A stretch of 64,000 bases of DNA, from the NCBI GenBank assembly GCA_012295275.1, contig CM022674.1:5146001-5210000 (forward strand), in the 5' to 3' direction. This document shows positions 62,948-64,000 of the stretch, piece by piece (within the stretch, counting starts at the first letter, position 1; every line of letters starts with the position of its first letter). The stretch is from Chrysomallon squamiferum (Eukaryota > Animalia > Mollusca). Position numbers and translations under genes: made by a program. The notes beneath the pieces are model-generated. The model was not told the origin of the DNA, ran no database searches, and was given only the letters and a program-made list of their open reading frames with translations.

Positions 62948-63811
62948 TGCTGTTTATTTGTTATTTCTCACTCTTTACTTTTTCTCTCTTTTTTTTTTTT
63001 TTTTAATAAACTGTTTGCAGTTGACTGTAGTGAGTTGTATTTTTCATTTTCCCTATGGACATTTCTAATAACAAAACTTTAACTCTGGTAACAAAACACA
63101 ATATCCAGGGATACCCCCCCAAAACCCACGATATATACAAATGTAGTTCATGGAATAGACAACATGAAGATTGCAGTTTCTAATACAAACAACATAAAAA
63201 ATGTGCATAATAGGTATAATAAGATATTAGTACAATAACATGTGCTTTAATGATAACTATTCATGTTATATTGAGAAAAAAACAATGGAAGGTAAGTTAT
63301 CAATACAGTAAGTTGATCCAAACTTTAATTAATGTATAGAATAAATTTGCCTGTGATGCATATACCTTCCAGGTGTTAGTACACCATTTGAATAGGTTTT
63401 AATTTAAAATTTTACACAACAAACTGTTCTTTTTAAAAAAAAAATTAAAAAATTAGGTTATTAATGTCCAATATAATAATAACAGCCATGCATTGTTTTA
63501 TCTGCAATTTCAATTGGTTATTTTTCACAAGAAAGGCACTTTAAAATGAATATTTTTTCCTCAAGCATGGCACTTTAAATTTAAAACTCACATTTACCAA
63601 AATTTCATAACAGAGCAGTGGTTCTAAACAGAATTTTGGAATTTGGGGCACATTTGAAGCCTTACAAAATATTGCAAGGTTGTCTATCCTCTATGTCAGA
63701 TTCTTCATCATTTCACATATAAATGGTTCTTGTCTGGAATCTCTACTGTTTGATTTCACTGATGTATTTAAACGCTTCTTGTCTGGTTTCTGTGATATAT
63801 TTGATTTTCTA

Positions 63812-64000
63812 CTGTGAGAGATGTTCACTGATATATTTAGAGTTACTGCCCTTGTGTGAGAGGATGTTTCACTGGTATATTTAGAGTTACTGCCCTTGTG
63901 TGAGAGATGTTCACCGAAATATTTAGTTACTGCCCTTGTGTGAGAAGTGTTCTCTGATATATTTAGAGTTACTGCCCTTGTGTGTGAGATGTTCACTGAT
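63812..64000. repeat. ~40-43 bp tandem repeat (tgtgagagatgttcactgatatatttagagttactgcccttg), runs off the window end
   Basis: At least 4 units visible. Confidence 0.92.

Noticed and set aside
63691-63996. 101-aa minus-strand ORF with repeated SHTRAVT
   Set aside because: Translation of the ~42-bp tandem repeat, whose unit lengths are not constant multiples of 3

Overview
AT-rich, microsatellite-dense animal genomic DNA, probably a mollusc (a gastropod is a weak inference from a degenerate repeat relic near 11.1 kb). It holds two multi-exon genes arranged head-to-head across a short CpG-containing promoter (~31.2-32.0 kb). DNAJC11 is on the minus strand (17 coding exons, 31204->18656, 565 aa, intact and phase-consistent). 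CAMTA is on the plus strand (21 coding exons, 33782->52204, ~1527 aa; CG-1, TIG, ankyrin and IQ domains). As assembled, CAMTA has two +1 frame discontinuities, in the large Q-rich exon and in exon 45629-45846; the second looks like a chimera with the neighbouring intron. Best leads: (1) a 31-nt frame-switching penultimate CAMTA microexon with an upstream UGC and a downstream Rbfox UGCAUG, plus a 51-nt Lys-rich cassette exon; (2) four tandem arrays that copied exon boundaries, creating decoy splice sites, where the three acceptor arrays may each have a frame-safe escape route; (3) head-to-head DNAJC11-CAMTA linkage as in vertebrates. Bases 1-14 kb look like the last exon and a very long 3' region of an unidentified plus-strand gene. 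Everything was read by eye; no searches were run.
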